In this document: piece by piece, positions 1 to 9,444 of the stretch
Position numbering within the stretch: the stretch's first letter is position 1
How the letters are laid out: each line of letters begins with the position of its first letter
Assembly: GCA_964489965.1 (NCBI GenBank)
Contig: CAZBBU010000001.1
Span: forward strand, 1 to 24,801
DNA: 24,801 nucleotides
Source: an uncultured bacterium
Lineage (GTDB): Bacteria > Deinococcota > Deinococci > Deinococcales > Trueperaceae
Reading direction: 5' to 3'
Made by a program: the position numbers and the translations under genes
Notes under the pieces: model-generated
The model's database searches: none
The model's input: the letters and a program-made list of their open reading frames with translations, nothing else
What the model was told of the DNA's origin: nothing

Positions 1-897
1 GAATCCTCGTTCACCATGTACAACGCCCGCCTGCTCGAAGAAGCCGGCCTGAGCATGCCCGAACAGCCCACCTGGGAACAGATCGCCGAGATCGCCTGCG
101 AACTGCACGATCCTGAAGCCGGAATCGCCGGCATCGTACTGCGCGGCAAGCCCGGCTGGGGTGACAACATGGCACCCATCACCACCGTCATCAACACCTT
201 CGGCGGACAGTGGTTCGACGCCGAGGGCCACCCCACCATCGACACTCCCGAGTGGAACGCGGCCATCAGCTTCTACGCCGACCTGGTGCAGCGCTGCGGC
301 CCGCCCGGAGTCACCGGCATCAGCTTCCCCGAGGCACTGGCACTCATGAGCCAGGGACGCGCCGGCATGTGGGTTGACGCAACCGTCGCCGCCGGCTTCC
401 TCGCCGGTTCCGAGGCCGGTCCCGACATCGCCCACGCCCTGGCGCCCGTCGGCCCCGTGGCCAAGGGCAACCAGTGGCTGTGGAGCTGGAACCTCGGCAT
501 CCCCACCACCAGTGACGCCACCGAGGCCGCCTTCCGCTTCATCATGTGGGCAACCTCCAAGGAGTACATCGAGCTGGTCGCAGAGGAGCGCGGCTGGGCA
601 GCGGTTCCCCCGGGCACCCGCACCAGCACCTATGAACGCGCCGAGTACCAGGAGGCCGCTCCGTTCGCAGCCATGACGCTTGGCGCCATCAACGCCGCCG
701 ATCCGCTCGACGCCACCGCCAACCCGCAGATCGCTCCGGGTGTGCAGTTCGTGCAGATCCCTGAGTTCCAGGGCATCGGCAACGACGTGGCCCAGCTGAT
801 CGCCGATGCGCTCGCAGGCAACATCAGCGTGGACGAGGCCCTCGAGCGCGGTCAGCGCGCCGCCGACCAGGCCATGCGCGACGCCGGCTACTACTGA
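1..897 (+). CDS. smoE: Polyol/sugar ABC transporter substrate-binding protein (SmoE/MtlE-like), 5'-truncated by window edge
   Basis: Frame is open from base 1 (ESSFTMYN...), so ATG16 is internal. Motifs LRGKPGWGDNMA, WLWSWNLGIP, VPPGTRTSTY and VQFVQIPEFQGIG resemble sorbitol/mannitol-binding proteins. Followed by two CUT1 permeases. Confidence 0.8.
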   Translation, partial: ESSFTMYNARLLEEAGLSMPEQPTWEQIAEIACELHDPEAGIAGIVLRGKPGWGDNMAPITTVINTFGGQWFDAEGHPTIDTPEWNAAISFYADLVQRCGPPGVTGISFPEALALMSQGRAGMWVDATVAAGFLAGSEAGPDIAHALAPVGPVAKGNQWLWSWNLGIPTTSDATEAAFRFIMWATSKEYIELVAEERGWAAVPPGTRTSTYERAEYQEAAPFAAMTLGAINAADPLDATANPQIAPGVQFVQIPEFQGIGNDVAQLIADALAGNISVDEALERGQRAADQAMRDAGYY

Positions 898-917
898 GTT
901 CAGGCATAACCTCCGTC

Positions 918-949
918 GTTCCGGCCGGGTCCTCTTCCCCGGCCGGAAC
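918..949 (+). other. Intercistronic stem-loop after the binding-protein gene
   Basis: GTTCCGGCCGGG (918-929) and CCCGGCCGGAAC (938-949) form a perfect 12-bp inverted repeat with an 8-nt loop and no U-tract. Confidence 0.75.
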
Positions 950-981
950 ACCCACCCTGGCCAGACAGGAGGCAACAGGGC

Positions 982-1911
982 ATGGATTCAGCCAGCGCAA
1001 GTGCCGGGCCACGGGCACCATTAAGGTCCCGCCCGAAGTTCAATGGTCGCCGCTTCCTCAGCAGTCCGGCCATCATCTATCTGATCGTAGTCACCCAGGT
1101 GCCTTTCGCCCTGACTATCTGGTTCGCCTTCAGCAACTGGAACCTGCTGCGTCCGAACAGCGCCGGCTTCCGCGGCTTCGGGCAGCTGATCCGCAATCTC
1201 ACTCGCGTACTCACCGACCCGGATTTCCTGACGGTCCTGTTCAACACCGTCTATCTGACGGTGGCGGTGGTTGTGGTCACCTTCATCCTGGGCATGCTGT
1301 TCGCCATATTGCTCGACCGCCCGTTCCCCGGGCGCAACCTTGCCCGGACGCTGCTCATCAGCCCGTTCCTGCTCATGCCCGTCGCCTCCGCCGTCCTCTG
1401 GAAGAACCTGATGCTGGACCCTTCCTTCGGCCTCTCGGCCTGGCTGATGCAGCTGTTCGGCATGCAGAGCGTTTACCTGGTCCAGGAGGCACCGATGCTG
1501 TCGATCATCGGCATCGTCTCCTGGCAGTGGACTCCGTTCATGATGCTGATCCTGCTGGCCGGCCTGCAGTCACTGCCGGACGAGACGCGCGAGGCCGCCT
1601 GGCTGGATGGCGCAGGTCCGGTCACGATGTTCCGTTTCATCATCCTGCCGCACCTGCGCCGCTTCATCGAGATTGCGGTGCTGCTTGAGGTCATCTTCGT
1701 TCTGAACATATTCGGCGAGATATTCGTCATCACTTCGGGCGGTCCGGGGCTGCAGACCACCAACCTGCCGTACCAGATCTACCTCGAGGCCTTCAGCCGC
1801 TGGAACCTGGGCATCGCCTCCACCTACGGTCTCATAGCGATCATCCTTGCCAACCTGGTCATCGTGGCCTTCGTCCAGGTGCTCAGGCAGAAACGAATGG
1901 AGACAGCATGA
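982..1911 (+). CDS. smoF: Carbohydrate ABC transporter permease (SmoF/MalF-like)
   Basis: SD AGGAGG at 967-972; multiple TM segments; EAA loop (EAAWLDGAGPVTMFRFIILPHL). Confidence 0.85.
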   Translation: MDSASASAGPRAPLRSRPKFNGRRFLSSPAIIYLIVVTQVPFALTIWFAFSNWNLLRPNSAGFRGFGQLIRNLTRVLTDPDFLTVLFNTVYLTVAVVVVTFILGMLFAILLDRPFPGRNLARTLLISPFLLMPVASAVLWKNLMLDPSFGLSAWLMQLFGMQSVYLVQEAPMLSIIGIVSWQWTPFMMLILLAGLQSLPDETREAAWLDGAGPVTMFRFIILPHLRRFIEIAVLLEVIFVLNIFGEIFVITSGGPGLQTTNLPYQIYLEAFSRWNLGIASTYGLIAIILANLVIVAFVQVLRQKRMETA

Positions 1912-2732
1912 AGAGCTCACCATTCAAGACATGGTTGTGGGCGGCAGGTACGCTGCTGGCTGCCTTCATCATGTTCTTCCCCATCCTGTGGATGGGCCTG
2001 ACCTCACTCAAGACCGAGGCCGGAGCCATCGCCTTCCCGCCGCAGTTCTTCTTCAGCCCCACCTTCGAGAACTGGCGGGTGGCCGTCTTCAGCGGACCAG
2101 TGATCGAGTTCATGATCAACACCGTGATCATCACGGTCGGCTCCACCGTCCTGGCACTCCTGCTGGGCTTCCCGGCCGCCTACGCGATGGCGTTCCACCG
2201 GACCAAACGTACCGATTCCAGCATGCTCTGGATCATGTCCACCCGCATGCTGCCGCCCGCCGGCGTCATCGTGCCACTGTTCATCCTCTTCCGCGACCTG
2301 AGCCTGCTGGACACACACCTCGGCCTGATCCTGCTGTTCGGCGCCATGAACCTGCCTCTGGTCATCTGGATGGTCACCGGCTTCATGGAGGACGTGCCGG
2401 TGGCACTGATGGAGGCCGCCAAGCTGGACGGCGCCGGACTGTGGCAGGAGTTCCGCAGCGTACTGTTGCCGCTGCTGATTCCCGGCCTGGCGGCCACCGC
2501 GCTGCTGTCGTTCATCTTCACCTGGAACGAGTTCTTCCTGGCCGTCAACCTGACCACCAGGGCGGCCTCGCCACTGTCCGTCTACGTAAGTACCTTCAAG
2601 GCCGCCCAGGGCGACCTGTTCATAGCCAAGATGTCAGCCGTGGCCACCGCCACCGCGATCCCCGTCCTGCTGGCGGGCTGGTTCGCGCAGCGGCAACTGG
2701 TCAGCGGCCTGACAATGGGAGCTGTCAAGTGA
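1908..2732 (+). CDS. smoG: Carbohydrate ABC transporter permease (SmoG/MalG-like)
   Basis: ATGA overlap with the upstream permease; STRMLPP; EAA loop (EAAKLDGAGLWQEFRSVLLPL); FIFTWNEFF. Confidence 0.85.
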   Translation: MKSSPFKTWLWAAGTLLAAFIMFFPILWMGLTSLKTEAGAIAFPPQFFFSPTFENWRVAVFSGPVIEFMINTVIITVGSTVLALLLGFPAAYAMAFHRTKRTDSSMLWIMSTRMLPPAGVIVPLFILFRDLSLLDTHLGLILLFGAMNLPLVIWMVTGFMEDVPVALMEAAKLDGAGLWQEFRSVLLPLLIPGLAATALLSFIFTWNEFFLAVNLTTRAASPLSVYVSTFKAAQGDLFIAKMSAVATATAIPVLLAGWFAQRQLVSGLTMGAVK

Positions 2733-3751
2733 TACCTGAAGAGATGCATGCCGGCCGCTTCGAACGGCCCGGAGAGATCAAAGTCACCGGCGCCGCTGTG
2801 CCCGAACCGGGCCACGGCGAGGTGCTGATAGAGGTGGCACGCGCCGGAATCTGCGGCACCGACATTCACATCCTGAAGGGCGAGTACGAGCTGGCACGTT
2901 TCCCGCTCACGCCCGGCCACGAGTTCGCTGGCACCGTCGTCAGACTGGGACCCGGCGTGATCGAACGGCAGCTGGGCGAGCGCGTCACCGCCGACCCCAA
3001 CATCCCCTGCCTCACCTGCAGCGAATGCCACCGCAGCGCCTTCAACCAGTGCCTGAATCTGCAGGTCGCTGGCGTCACGCGTGACGGCGCCTTCGCCCGC
3101 TACCTGGTGCTGCCCGAACGGGTCGTCTACCCGATAGGCGACATACCTTTCGCAGAGGCCGCCCTGATAGAGCCACTGGCCTGCGTGGCCTGGGGTTTGA
3201 AGCGCATCCGCATCTTCGCTGGTGACACTGCGCTGGTGTTCGGCGCCGGACCGATGGGCTGCCTGCTGCTTCAGGCGGTGAAGTCCGCCGGCGCCAGCCG
3301 CGTGGCCATCGTGGACCTGGAGGCGGGACGCCTGAAACTGGCCCGGGAGCTTGGCGCTGACCTTGCCATCACCCCGGGTGAGCTGGAGCAGCTTGAGGAG
3401 TTCGCCCCGCGTGGCTTCGAGCTCGTTGCCGATGCCACCGGCGTGCCCAGTGTGCTGTCGGGCGCCATCAGGCATGCGCGTGCCGGCGGCACCATCTGGG
3501 CGTTCGGCGTCGCGCCGGATGATGCCCTGATGCAGGTCAGCCCCTACGAGTTCTTCCGCCGTGACCTCTCACTGGTTGGCTCGTTCGCAGTGAACAACAC
3601 CTTCATGGAAGCCATCAACCTGATCGCCACCGGCGCGGTGAAGGTCGCTCCGCTGGTATCACACGTTCTGCCCATCAGCCAGCTGGAGGAAGGCATGCGC
3701 CTGGCCCAGCATGACCCTGATCGCATGAAGGTGCAGTTCGACCTGTCATGA
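2729..3751 (+). CDS. Zn-dependent medium-chain (polyol/sorbitol-type) dehydrogenase
   Basis: Real start is GTG2729 (GTGA overlap, GGAG upstream) or ATG2744, not 1847. GICGTDIH, GHE, structural-Zn CLTCSEC..NQC, catalytic Glu (IEPLAC), GAGPMG. Confidence 0.88.
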   Translation: MIPEEMHAGRFERPGEIKVTGAAVPEPGHGEVLIEVARAGICGTDIHILKGEYELARFPLTPGHEFAGTVVRLGPGVIERQLGERVTADPNIPCLTCSECHRSAFNQCLNLQVAGVTRDGAFARYLVLPERVVYPIGDIPFAEAALIEPLACVAWGLKRIRIFAGDTALVFGAGPMGCLLLQAVKSAGASRVAIVDLEAGRLKLARELGADLAITPGELEQLEEFAPRGFELVADATGVPSVLSGAIRHARAGGTIWAFGVAPDDALMQVSPYEFFRRDLSLVGSFAVNNTFMEAINLIATGAVKVAPLVSHVLPISQLEEGMRLAQHDPDRMKVQFDLS

Positions 3752-4713
3752 AGCGCGCCGTCATCCGGGCCGAAGGCGTCCTCGAGCTCGAGGAGGTGAC
3801 CCTGCCGGAAGTCCCGGCCAGGGGCTCCGTACGGCTCGAACCGATCGCCATCGGCATCTGCGGCTCCGACCTGCACGTGCTGGCCGGCCACCACCCGTTC
3901 GTCACTTACCCGGTCTATCCGGGACACGAAGTACTGGCCCGGGTAAGCCGGCTTGGCGAAGCCGTGGATCCCGACTGGTCGGACCAGCGGGTGGTGCTGG
4001 AGCCGTCCCTGTACTGTGGTGACTGCGCTGCCTGCCGGCGCGGTGATTACAACATCTGTGAGGAACTGAAGGTAATGGGCTTTCAGGTGCCGGGTGGAAT
4101 GGCTGGCGCCTTTGACGCCCCGGTTGACCGGCTGCACCGCGTTCCTGACGCACTGCCGGACGATGCCGCCGTGCTGGCGGAGCCACTGGCAGTGGCCACC
4201 CACGCCGTCAGGCTGGCCGGGCCAGCCGGGCGGGCGGCGGTCGTCGGCGCCGGCACCATCGGCCTGCTCTGCGCCATCGCCCTCACCCACGCCGGCTCGA
4301 GCGTCACTGTCTTTGACCCTGATGAGCGGCGCCGGCGACTGGCCGCCGAGCTGGGCTTCGCCACGGGCGAGGCGCCGGCTGAGCGGGAGTTCGACCTGGC
4401 GTTCGAGTGCGTGGGAGTTCAGGCTGCCTTACGCAGCGCCATCAGCAGCGTACGCAAGGGTGGCACCGTGCTGGTGGTGGGCGTGCACGGCAGCGACCCC
4501 GCGATACAGGCGGGGCTGGTTCAGGACTTTGAGCTGCGCCTGCAGGGCAGCCTCATGTACACGTCAGAGGATTACCGTTCGGCGTTCGAACTGCTGGAGG
4601 CGTTCGATACCAGCCGGCTGCTGAGTGACCGCTACCCGCTGGAACAGCTGGCAGCTGCCTTCGAACGCGCTGCAGCCGGAGGTGACACCATCAAGGTACT
4701 GCTGACCACCTGA
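3748..4713 (+). CDS. Second Zn-dependent medium-chain dehydrogenase (sugar/polyol/idonate-type)
   Basis: ATGA overlap; [34 protein letters not shown]. Confidence 0.88.
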   Translation: MKRAVIRAEGVLELEEVTLPEVPARGSVRLEPIAIGICGSDLHVLAGHHPFVTYPVYPGHEVLARVSRLGEAVDPDWSDQRVVLEPSLYCGDCAACRRGDYNICEELKVMGFQVPGGMAGAFDAPVDRLHRVPDALPDDAAVLAEPLAVATHAVRLAGPAGRAAVVGAGTIGLLCAIALTHAGSSVTVFDPDERRRRLAAELGFATGEAPAEREFDLAFECVGVQAALRSAISSVRKGGTVLVVGVHGSDPAIQAGLVQDFELRLQGSLMYTSEDYRSAFELLEAFDTSRLLSDRYPLEQLAAAFERAAAGGDTIKVLLTT

Positions 4714-4792
4714 CCTTCCCGCTGCCAGCCACCGCCGGAGAATGAACTCAGCGGTCGTGTGTGAGCCGCCTCATCTGCTCCAGCCTGCGCGT

Positions 4793-4833
4793 TATCCTCG
4801 GCACCAGTGCCCTTCGGGGCGCGTACGGGAGGA
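4793..4833 (+). promoter_or_regulatory. Putative -10 (TATCCT), 5' UUCG hairpin and SD for dut
   Basis: TATCCT 4793-4798; GTGCCC-TTCG-GGGCGC 4807-4822; GGGAGGA 4827-4833; GTG at 4841. Confidence 0.5.
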
Positions 4834-4840
4834 CGCCACT

Positions 4841-5275
4841 GTGCAGGTGAAGATAAGAAGGTTGCGTGACAGCGCCAGGCTGCCTGAGTACCAGACGGAA
4901 CAGGCCGCGGGCATGGACCTGGCGGCTGACATTGACGTGCCGCTGGTGCTGGCACCGGGCGAACGTCGGGGCATTCCCACTGGCCTGGCCATCGCCCTGC
5001 CGGCCGGCTGTGAGGCTCAGGTGCGGGGGCGCAGCGGCCTGGCCATCCGGGCTGGCGTGACCATGGCCAACGGCGTGGGCACCATCGATGCCGATTACCG
5101 CGGTGAGATCAAGGTGCTGCTCATCAACCTCGGCAGCGAACCGTTCACGGTTGAACCCGGCATGCGCGTCGCGCAGCTGGTGGTGGCCCGCTTTGAGCGG
5201 GTCGACTGGGCCGAAACCTCAGAACTCGATGACACCGCCCGTGGCAGAGGCGGCTTTGGCCATACCGGCACCTGA
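4841..5275 (+). CDS. dut: dUTP diphosphatase (trimeric dUTPase)
   Basis: All five motifs present: [43 protein letters not shown]4841 with SD preferred over ATG4742. Confidence 0.95.
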   Translation: MQVKIRRLRDSARLPEYQTEQAAGMDLAADIDVPLVLAPGERRGIPTGLAIALPAGCEAQVRGRSGLAIRAGVTMANGVGTIDADYRGEIKVLLINLGSEPFTVEPGMRVAQLVVARFERVDWAETSELDDTARGRGGFGHTGT

Positions 5276-5319
5276 GCGCGGGAAGGCTTGATGATCATGC
5301 AGTTTGAGACGGAACGTTC

Positions 5320-5814
5320 ATGGGAATAAAGCAAGTTCGGGAACACCTGGCCAGGTTCGGCCAGGACGACCGCATAGTCGAGTTCGAAACCTCGAGCTCC
5401 ACCGTGGAGCTGGCGGCACAGGCGCTGGGGACCGAGCCGGCCCGCATCGCCAAGACCCTGGCCTTCCTGAACGGGGCTGACGAGAACCACGCCGTCCTGG
5501 TTGTGGCCGCCGGTGACGCCCGCCTTCACAGCGGCTCCTTCAAGCGCGCCTTCGGCTTCAAAGCCCGCATGCTGCCCGCCGATCTGGTGGAGCCGCTCAC
5601 CGGCCATCCCGTGGGCGGCGTATGCCCCTTCGCCAACCCTGACGGTACCCGCGTGTACCTTGATGAATCACTGAAGCGCTTCACGACCGTCTATCCGGCA
5701 GCAGGCAGCACCAACTCGGCGGTAGAGATGAACCTGCAGGAGCTCGAGGAGGCCAGCGGTGCGGCCGGCTGGGTGGACGTGACCCGCGTTCCCGGCGAGG
5801 CTGGGCAGAGCTGA
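5320..5814 (+). CDS. YbaK/EbsC family aminoacyl-tRNA deacylase-like protein
   Basis: TVELAAQALG, IAKTLAF, GHPVGGVCPF, VYLDESL, AAGSTNS motifs. Confidence 0.88.
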   Translation: MGIKQVREHLARFGQDDRIVEFETSSSTVELAAQALGTEPARIAKTLAFLNGADENHAVLVVAAGDARLHSGSFKRAFGFKARMLPADLVEPLTGHPVGGVCPFANPDGTRVYLDESLKRFTTVYPAAGSTNSAVEMNLQELEEASGAAGWVDVTRVPGEAGQS

Positions 5815-5864
5815 CCCGCAGCTGACCCTGTATGCGTATCCTGCCGGCAGGTGCTGCGCCGCGG

Positions 5865-5888
5865 CATAATGGCACTATCTCTGGAGGA
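5865..5888 (+). promoter_or_regulatory. Putative -10 (CATAAT) and SD for the Fe-type ABC genes
   Basis: CATAAT 5865-5870, GGAGGA 5883-5888, ATG5892; no clear -35. Confidence 0.45.
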
Positions 5889-5891
5889 ATC

Positions 5892-6860
5892 ATGCGCCAC
5901 GCAATCACCATCACCACCTTGCTGCTGCTCGGGACCACCCTGGCCCAACCCAGCGGCACCCTCAGGCTCTACACTTCCCAGCCCGACGCTGACGCTGCCG
6001 CAACGGCCGAGGCCTTCGAGGCCGCCAACCCCGGTGTCGAGGTCCAGGTGTTCCGTTCCGGTACCGAACAGGTGATCGCCCGCTTCCTGCTGGAAGCGGA
6101 GGCCGGCGAACCGCAGGCTGACGTGCTGCTGCTCGCCGACGCCCCCACCTTCGAGCTGCTCAAGGAGCGCGAACTGCTGCAGGCCCATCAGCCCAGCGGC
6201 AGCGTTGTGGACAGCAACTGGTTCGATCCGGATGGCTACTGGTTCGGGACCAAGGCCATGGCCACCCTGATCACCTACAACACCGACCTGATCAGCGAGC
6301 CCGTGACCAGCTGGGCGGAACTCGCAGCGCTGCCCGGCGGACAGGTCATCCTGCCGAGCCCGAACTACTCGGGAGCGGCCGCATACAACCTGGGCGTGCT
6401 GACCCGTGACGCCCGGATCGGCTGGGAGTTCTACGAGACCCTGGCCCAAAGTGACGTGACCCTGGTACAGGGCAACGGCGCAGTCCTGCGCGGAGTGGCC
6501 GAGGGCGAGATGCCTTATGGCATGGTGGTCGATTACCTGCCGCTGCGCGCGATGGCCGACGGGTCACCTGTCGGCGTCGTCTACCCGGAAGAGGACGTGC
6601 CGGTGATCACGGAGCCTGCCGCCATTGTGGCCGGCACCCCCAACCTCGAGGCCGCACAGGCCTTCATAGACTTCCTGGTTTCCGAGGCCGGCCAGCAGCT
6701 GACCGTGGACCTGGGTTACCTTCCGCTCAGCGACGCGGTGGCACCGCCCGCCGGCTTCCGGCCGCTCAGTGAATTCACCGTCCTGGAAGCCGATGCTGCC
6801 GACCTTGCCGCCACGCGCGAGGCCGACAAGGAGCGGTTCGCCGAGCTGTTCGGCGAGTAG
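5892..6860 (+). CDS. ABC transporter substrate-binding protein, FbpA/AfuA (Fe3+/anion) cluster; substrate uncertain
   Basis: Signal peptide MRHAITITTLLLLGTTLA|Q; LYTSQ, FRSGTE, DVLLLAD, YSGAA, GNG, GMVVDY, PVITEP motifs. Confidence 0.8.
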   Translation: MRHAITITTLLLLGTTLAQPSGTLRLYTSQPDADAAATAEAFEAANPGVEVQVFRSGTEQVIARFLLEAEAGEPQADVLLLADAPTFELLKERELLQAHQPSGSVVDSNWFDPDGYWFGTKAMATLITYNTDLISEPVTSWAELAALPGGQVILPSPNYSGAAAYNLGVLTRDARIGWEFYETLAQSDVTLVQGNGAVLRGVAEGEMPYGMVVDYLPLRAMADGSPVGVVYPEEDVPVITEPAAIVAGTPNLEAAQAFIDFLVSEAGQQLTVDLGYLPLSDAVAPPAGFRPLSEFTVLEADAADLAATREADKERFAELFGE

Positions 6861-6862
6861 AT

Positions 6863-8560
6863 TTGCCAGTCCTCGCCGCCGAAACGCCTGCACGCAACCT
6901 GCGGCGGCGCATCCTGAGTCCCATCGGCATCGCGCTGATGGGACTGCTGCTGTTTCTGGCCTTCAGCAGTGCCCTGCCCCTCGGCAGGCTGCTGCTGCGC
7001 GGACTGACCGCAGACGCCCTCGGTTGGGTGCTGGAGAACAGCCAGTCACTGCGGGCGCTGGGCAACACGCTGCGGGTATCCGTCCTGGTCTCACTGCTGG
7101 CCACCGGTTTCGGCACCATGCTGTCACTGCTGCTCGAGAGGTTCCGAGTGCCCGGCGGCTCAGCGCTGCGCGTGATGATCATGCTGCCGCTGGTCGTGCC
7201 GCCCCACATCCTGGCACTGGCCTGGCTCAGCTGGCTGGGGCAGCGTGGACACCTGAGCCGCCTGCTGGCTGACCTGTTCGGCCTGGAACGCGTGCCCTGG
7301 AGCCTGTACGGCGAACCCGGCATAGTCCTGCTGCTCACCGTCTTTGCCCTGCCCGTGGCCTACCTGACCGTGGCGGCGGGCCTGAGCCGCCTGCCGGCCA
7401 ACCTGGATGAGGCCGCGCAGATCGAAGGCGCGGGCGCCTGGCAGATCATGCGTTTCATCACCCTGCCGCTCCTGCGGCCGCACCTGCTGGCAGCCATGAT
7501 GCTCGCCTTCCTGGCGGCGGCCGGCAACTTCGGCATCACTGCGCTGCTGGGTATACCGGGTCGCTTCATCACCCTGCCCACACTCATCTACCAGCGGGTG
7601 ACCAGCTTCGCCAGCGGCGGGCTGGGGCACGCCGCTGCATTGGCGCTGCTGCTGGCTCTGGTGGCCTCTGTGGCGCTGCTGGTGCAATACAGGCTGAACA
7701 GCCGTTCCTCACAGGTGGAATCGCAGTTGGAGCGGCGCCGGAAGTTGCCGCTCAGCGGGTCCTGGCGCTGGCTGACGGCTCTTGTGTGGCTGGCCTCGCT
7801 GCTCATGGCCGTGGGGCCGTTCGTGGCGCTGGTTCTCACCAGCCTGATGAGGGCGTACGGTCTGCCGCTTGAACTGGCCAGCCTGGACCTGCGCCACTAT
7901 CAGTTCGTGCTGACCGAACTGCAGTCGTTCCCGCGGGCACTCGGCAACAGCCTGCTGCTCGCCACGCTGGCCAGCATCATCGCGGCGGGGCTGGCGACGC
8001 TGCTGGGTTACGTGCTGCTGCGGCTGAGGCGTGGGAGCTGGCTGTTGCAGCTGTTGGTTGACTTGCCCTACGCGCTGCCGGGCATCGTGTTCGCCCTGTC
8101 GCTCATCCTCGCCTGGCTGCCCTCGCCACTGCCGTTCGTGCGTGTGTACGGCACGCTGTGGCTGCTTGGCATCGCCTACGTGGGCCATTACCTGGCGTTC
8201 GCACTGCAACCGATCCAGGCGGCCTGGCGACAGTTGGACCCAAGGCTGGAGGAGGCCGCACAGCTGGATGGCGCCAACCTGCTGCAGACCATCCGCTGGG
8301 TGCTGCTGCCGATGCTGGCGCCAACCGTGGCGGTGGCGACCCTGCTTGTGTTCCTGAGCGCGGTTTCGGAGATCTCACTGTCGGCGCTCCTTGCCGGATC
8401 CGGAACGGAGACGGTGGGCTGGCTGATATTCGGGTTGGAGCAGGCCGGCACGGGTCAGCAGGCCGCGGCGCTGTCAGTTGTCCTGCTGCTTCTGCTCGGA
8501 GTGGTGGCGCTGCTTGCCTGGGCCGCGGGACGGGTGCAGGCGGCGCGCAGCGGCGCCTAG
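6863..8560 (+). CDS. Iron-type ABC transporter permease (FbpB-like, two fused TM repeats)
   Basis: TTG start 2 nt after the SBP stop; two EAA loops (LDEAAQIEGAG, LEEAAQLDGAN); about 12 TM segments. Confidence 0.88.
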   Translation: MPVLAAETPARNLRRRILSPIGIALMGLLLFLAFSSALPLGRLLLRGLTADALGWVLENSQSLRALGNTLRVSVLVSLLATGFGTMLSLLLERFRVPGGSALRVMIMLPLVVPPHILALAWLSWLGQRGHLSRLLADLFGLERVPWSLYGEPGIVLLLTVFALPVAYLTVAAGLSRLPANLDEAAQIEGAGAWQIMRFITLPLLRPHLLAAMMLAFLAAAGNFGITALLGIPGRFITLPTLIYQRVTSFASGGLGHAAALALLLALVASVALLVQYRLNSRSSQVESQLERRRKLPLSGSWRWLTALVWLASLLMAVGPFVALVLTSLMRAYGLPLELASLDLRHYQFVLTELQSFPRALGNSLLLATLASIIAAGLATLLGYVLLRLRRGSWLLQLLVDLPYALPGIVFALSLILAWLPSPLPFVRVYGTLWLLGIAYVGHYLAFALQPIQAAWRQLDPRLEEAAQLDGANLLQTIRWVLLPMLAPTVAVATLLVFLSAVSEISLSALLAGSGTETVGWLIFGLEQAGTGQQAAALSVVLLLLLGVVALLAWAAGRVQAARSGA

Positions 8561-9354
8561 CGCGGCCTGACCGTCAGTATCTGCGAGAAGCTTCCGAACG
8601 GTCCCTGCTCGTCATGCAGCACACTTTCGGTCAGCCCCACGCCGCTCGGGCCGTATGACTGGACGGAGTCGAGGCCCGTGAACTCGCCGACTGGTTCGCG
8701 GTACAGGTGTGCGGTCAGGTCCAGGTTGGGAAAGGCCACCTCTTCCGGTGCTGCACGCGCGGCCACTCCGTTGGCCACGTCGATGAGGCGCAGCATCCGT
8801 GCTGTGGGGCTCACTTCCTCGCCTGCCAGCAGCTCCACGTCACTGCGCAGCCAGTACTGCACCCGGCCGGGGCCCAGTCTGTGCTGCCAGATCTGCGCTG
8901 CCTTGACGAATCCCCCGGGCCAGTGACTGTTGGGCCAGCGTTCCATCTGCTCCCTTGGCGGCAGTGGGGCGAAGGCCGAACCGGCGTGAGCTGCGCTGTC
9001 AAAGCGGGCGGACAGCCAGGCGCGGGCCAGCACGGCCGTTCGTCCACCGTGGCTCATGCGCACCTCAACCAGTTCGATGGTGCGGCCGGGCCGGATGACT
9101 TCGACCTGGATGTCGACTGACTCCATCGGAATCGTACCCAGGATGTCACAGGACAGCCGCACGAGCTGCAGTTCGTCCGGGCGCCTCTTCGCCATGTCAA
9201 GCTGCACGACGTGGGCGAGCAGGCCGATGCTTGGTGCTATGTGCTGTTCGTTGGGATTCCAGCCGCCACCAACGTGAATTGTTGGCCTGAAGCGGGATTC
9301 TGACTCGCGTACAAAGTATGCTGCTCTCTCGGTGCTTCCGGGTTGCTGTATCAT
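8557..9354 (-). CDS. Thioesterase-like double hot-dog family protein
   Basis: GGWNPNEQH, RLSCDILG, RPGRTIELVE, DVANG, FPNLDLTAHLYREP motifs; SD GGAG upstream; shares a CTAG stop overlap with the permease. Confidence 0.8.
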   Translation of the reverse strand: MIQQPGSTERAAYFVRESESRFRPTIHVGGGWNPNEQHIAPSIGLLAHVVQLDMAKRRPDELQLVRLSCDILGTIPMESVDIQVEVIRPGRTIELVEVRMSHGGRTAVLARAWLSARFDSAAHAGSAFAPLPPREQMERWPNSHWPGGFVKAAQIWQHRLGPGRVQYWLRSDVELLAGEEVSPTARMLRLIDVANGVAARAAPEEVAFPNLDLTAHLYREPVGEFTGLDSVQSYGPSGVGLTESVLHDEQGPFGSFSQILTVRPR

Positions 9355-9444
9355 CCTGCTGGCTCCAGTGTCAGTCTAGCCGGAACGGCGAAGCTGGACC
9401 AAGACAGTCGGAGGCCCGGCCATCAAGAAGGGCACCAGGTAACA

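Noticed and set aside
1847-2728. 634-aa ORF suggesting a long N-terminal fusion on the first dehydrogenase
   Set aside because: The extension is an off-frame reading of the second permease gene; dehydrogenase homology begins only at 2729/2744.
4742-4840. N-terminal extension of dUTPase
   Set aside because: A -10, hairpin and SD precede GTG4841, and the extension has no dUTPase character.
9349-9378. Face-to-face promoters (TATCAT + strand, TAGACT - strand) and a possible second SoxR box between thioesterase and MFS
   Set aside because: Only bare -10 hexamers without -35 support; no CCTCAAG/CTTGAGG palindrome present.
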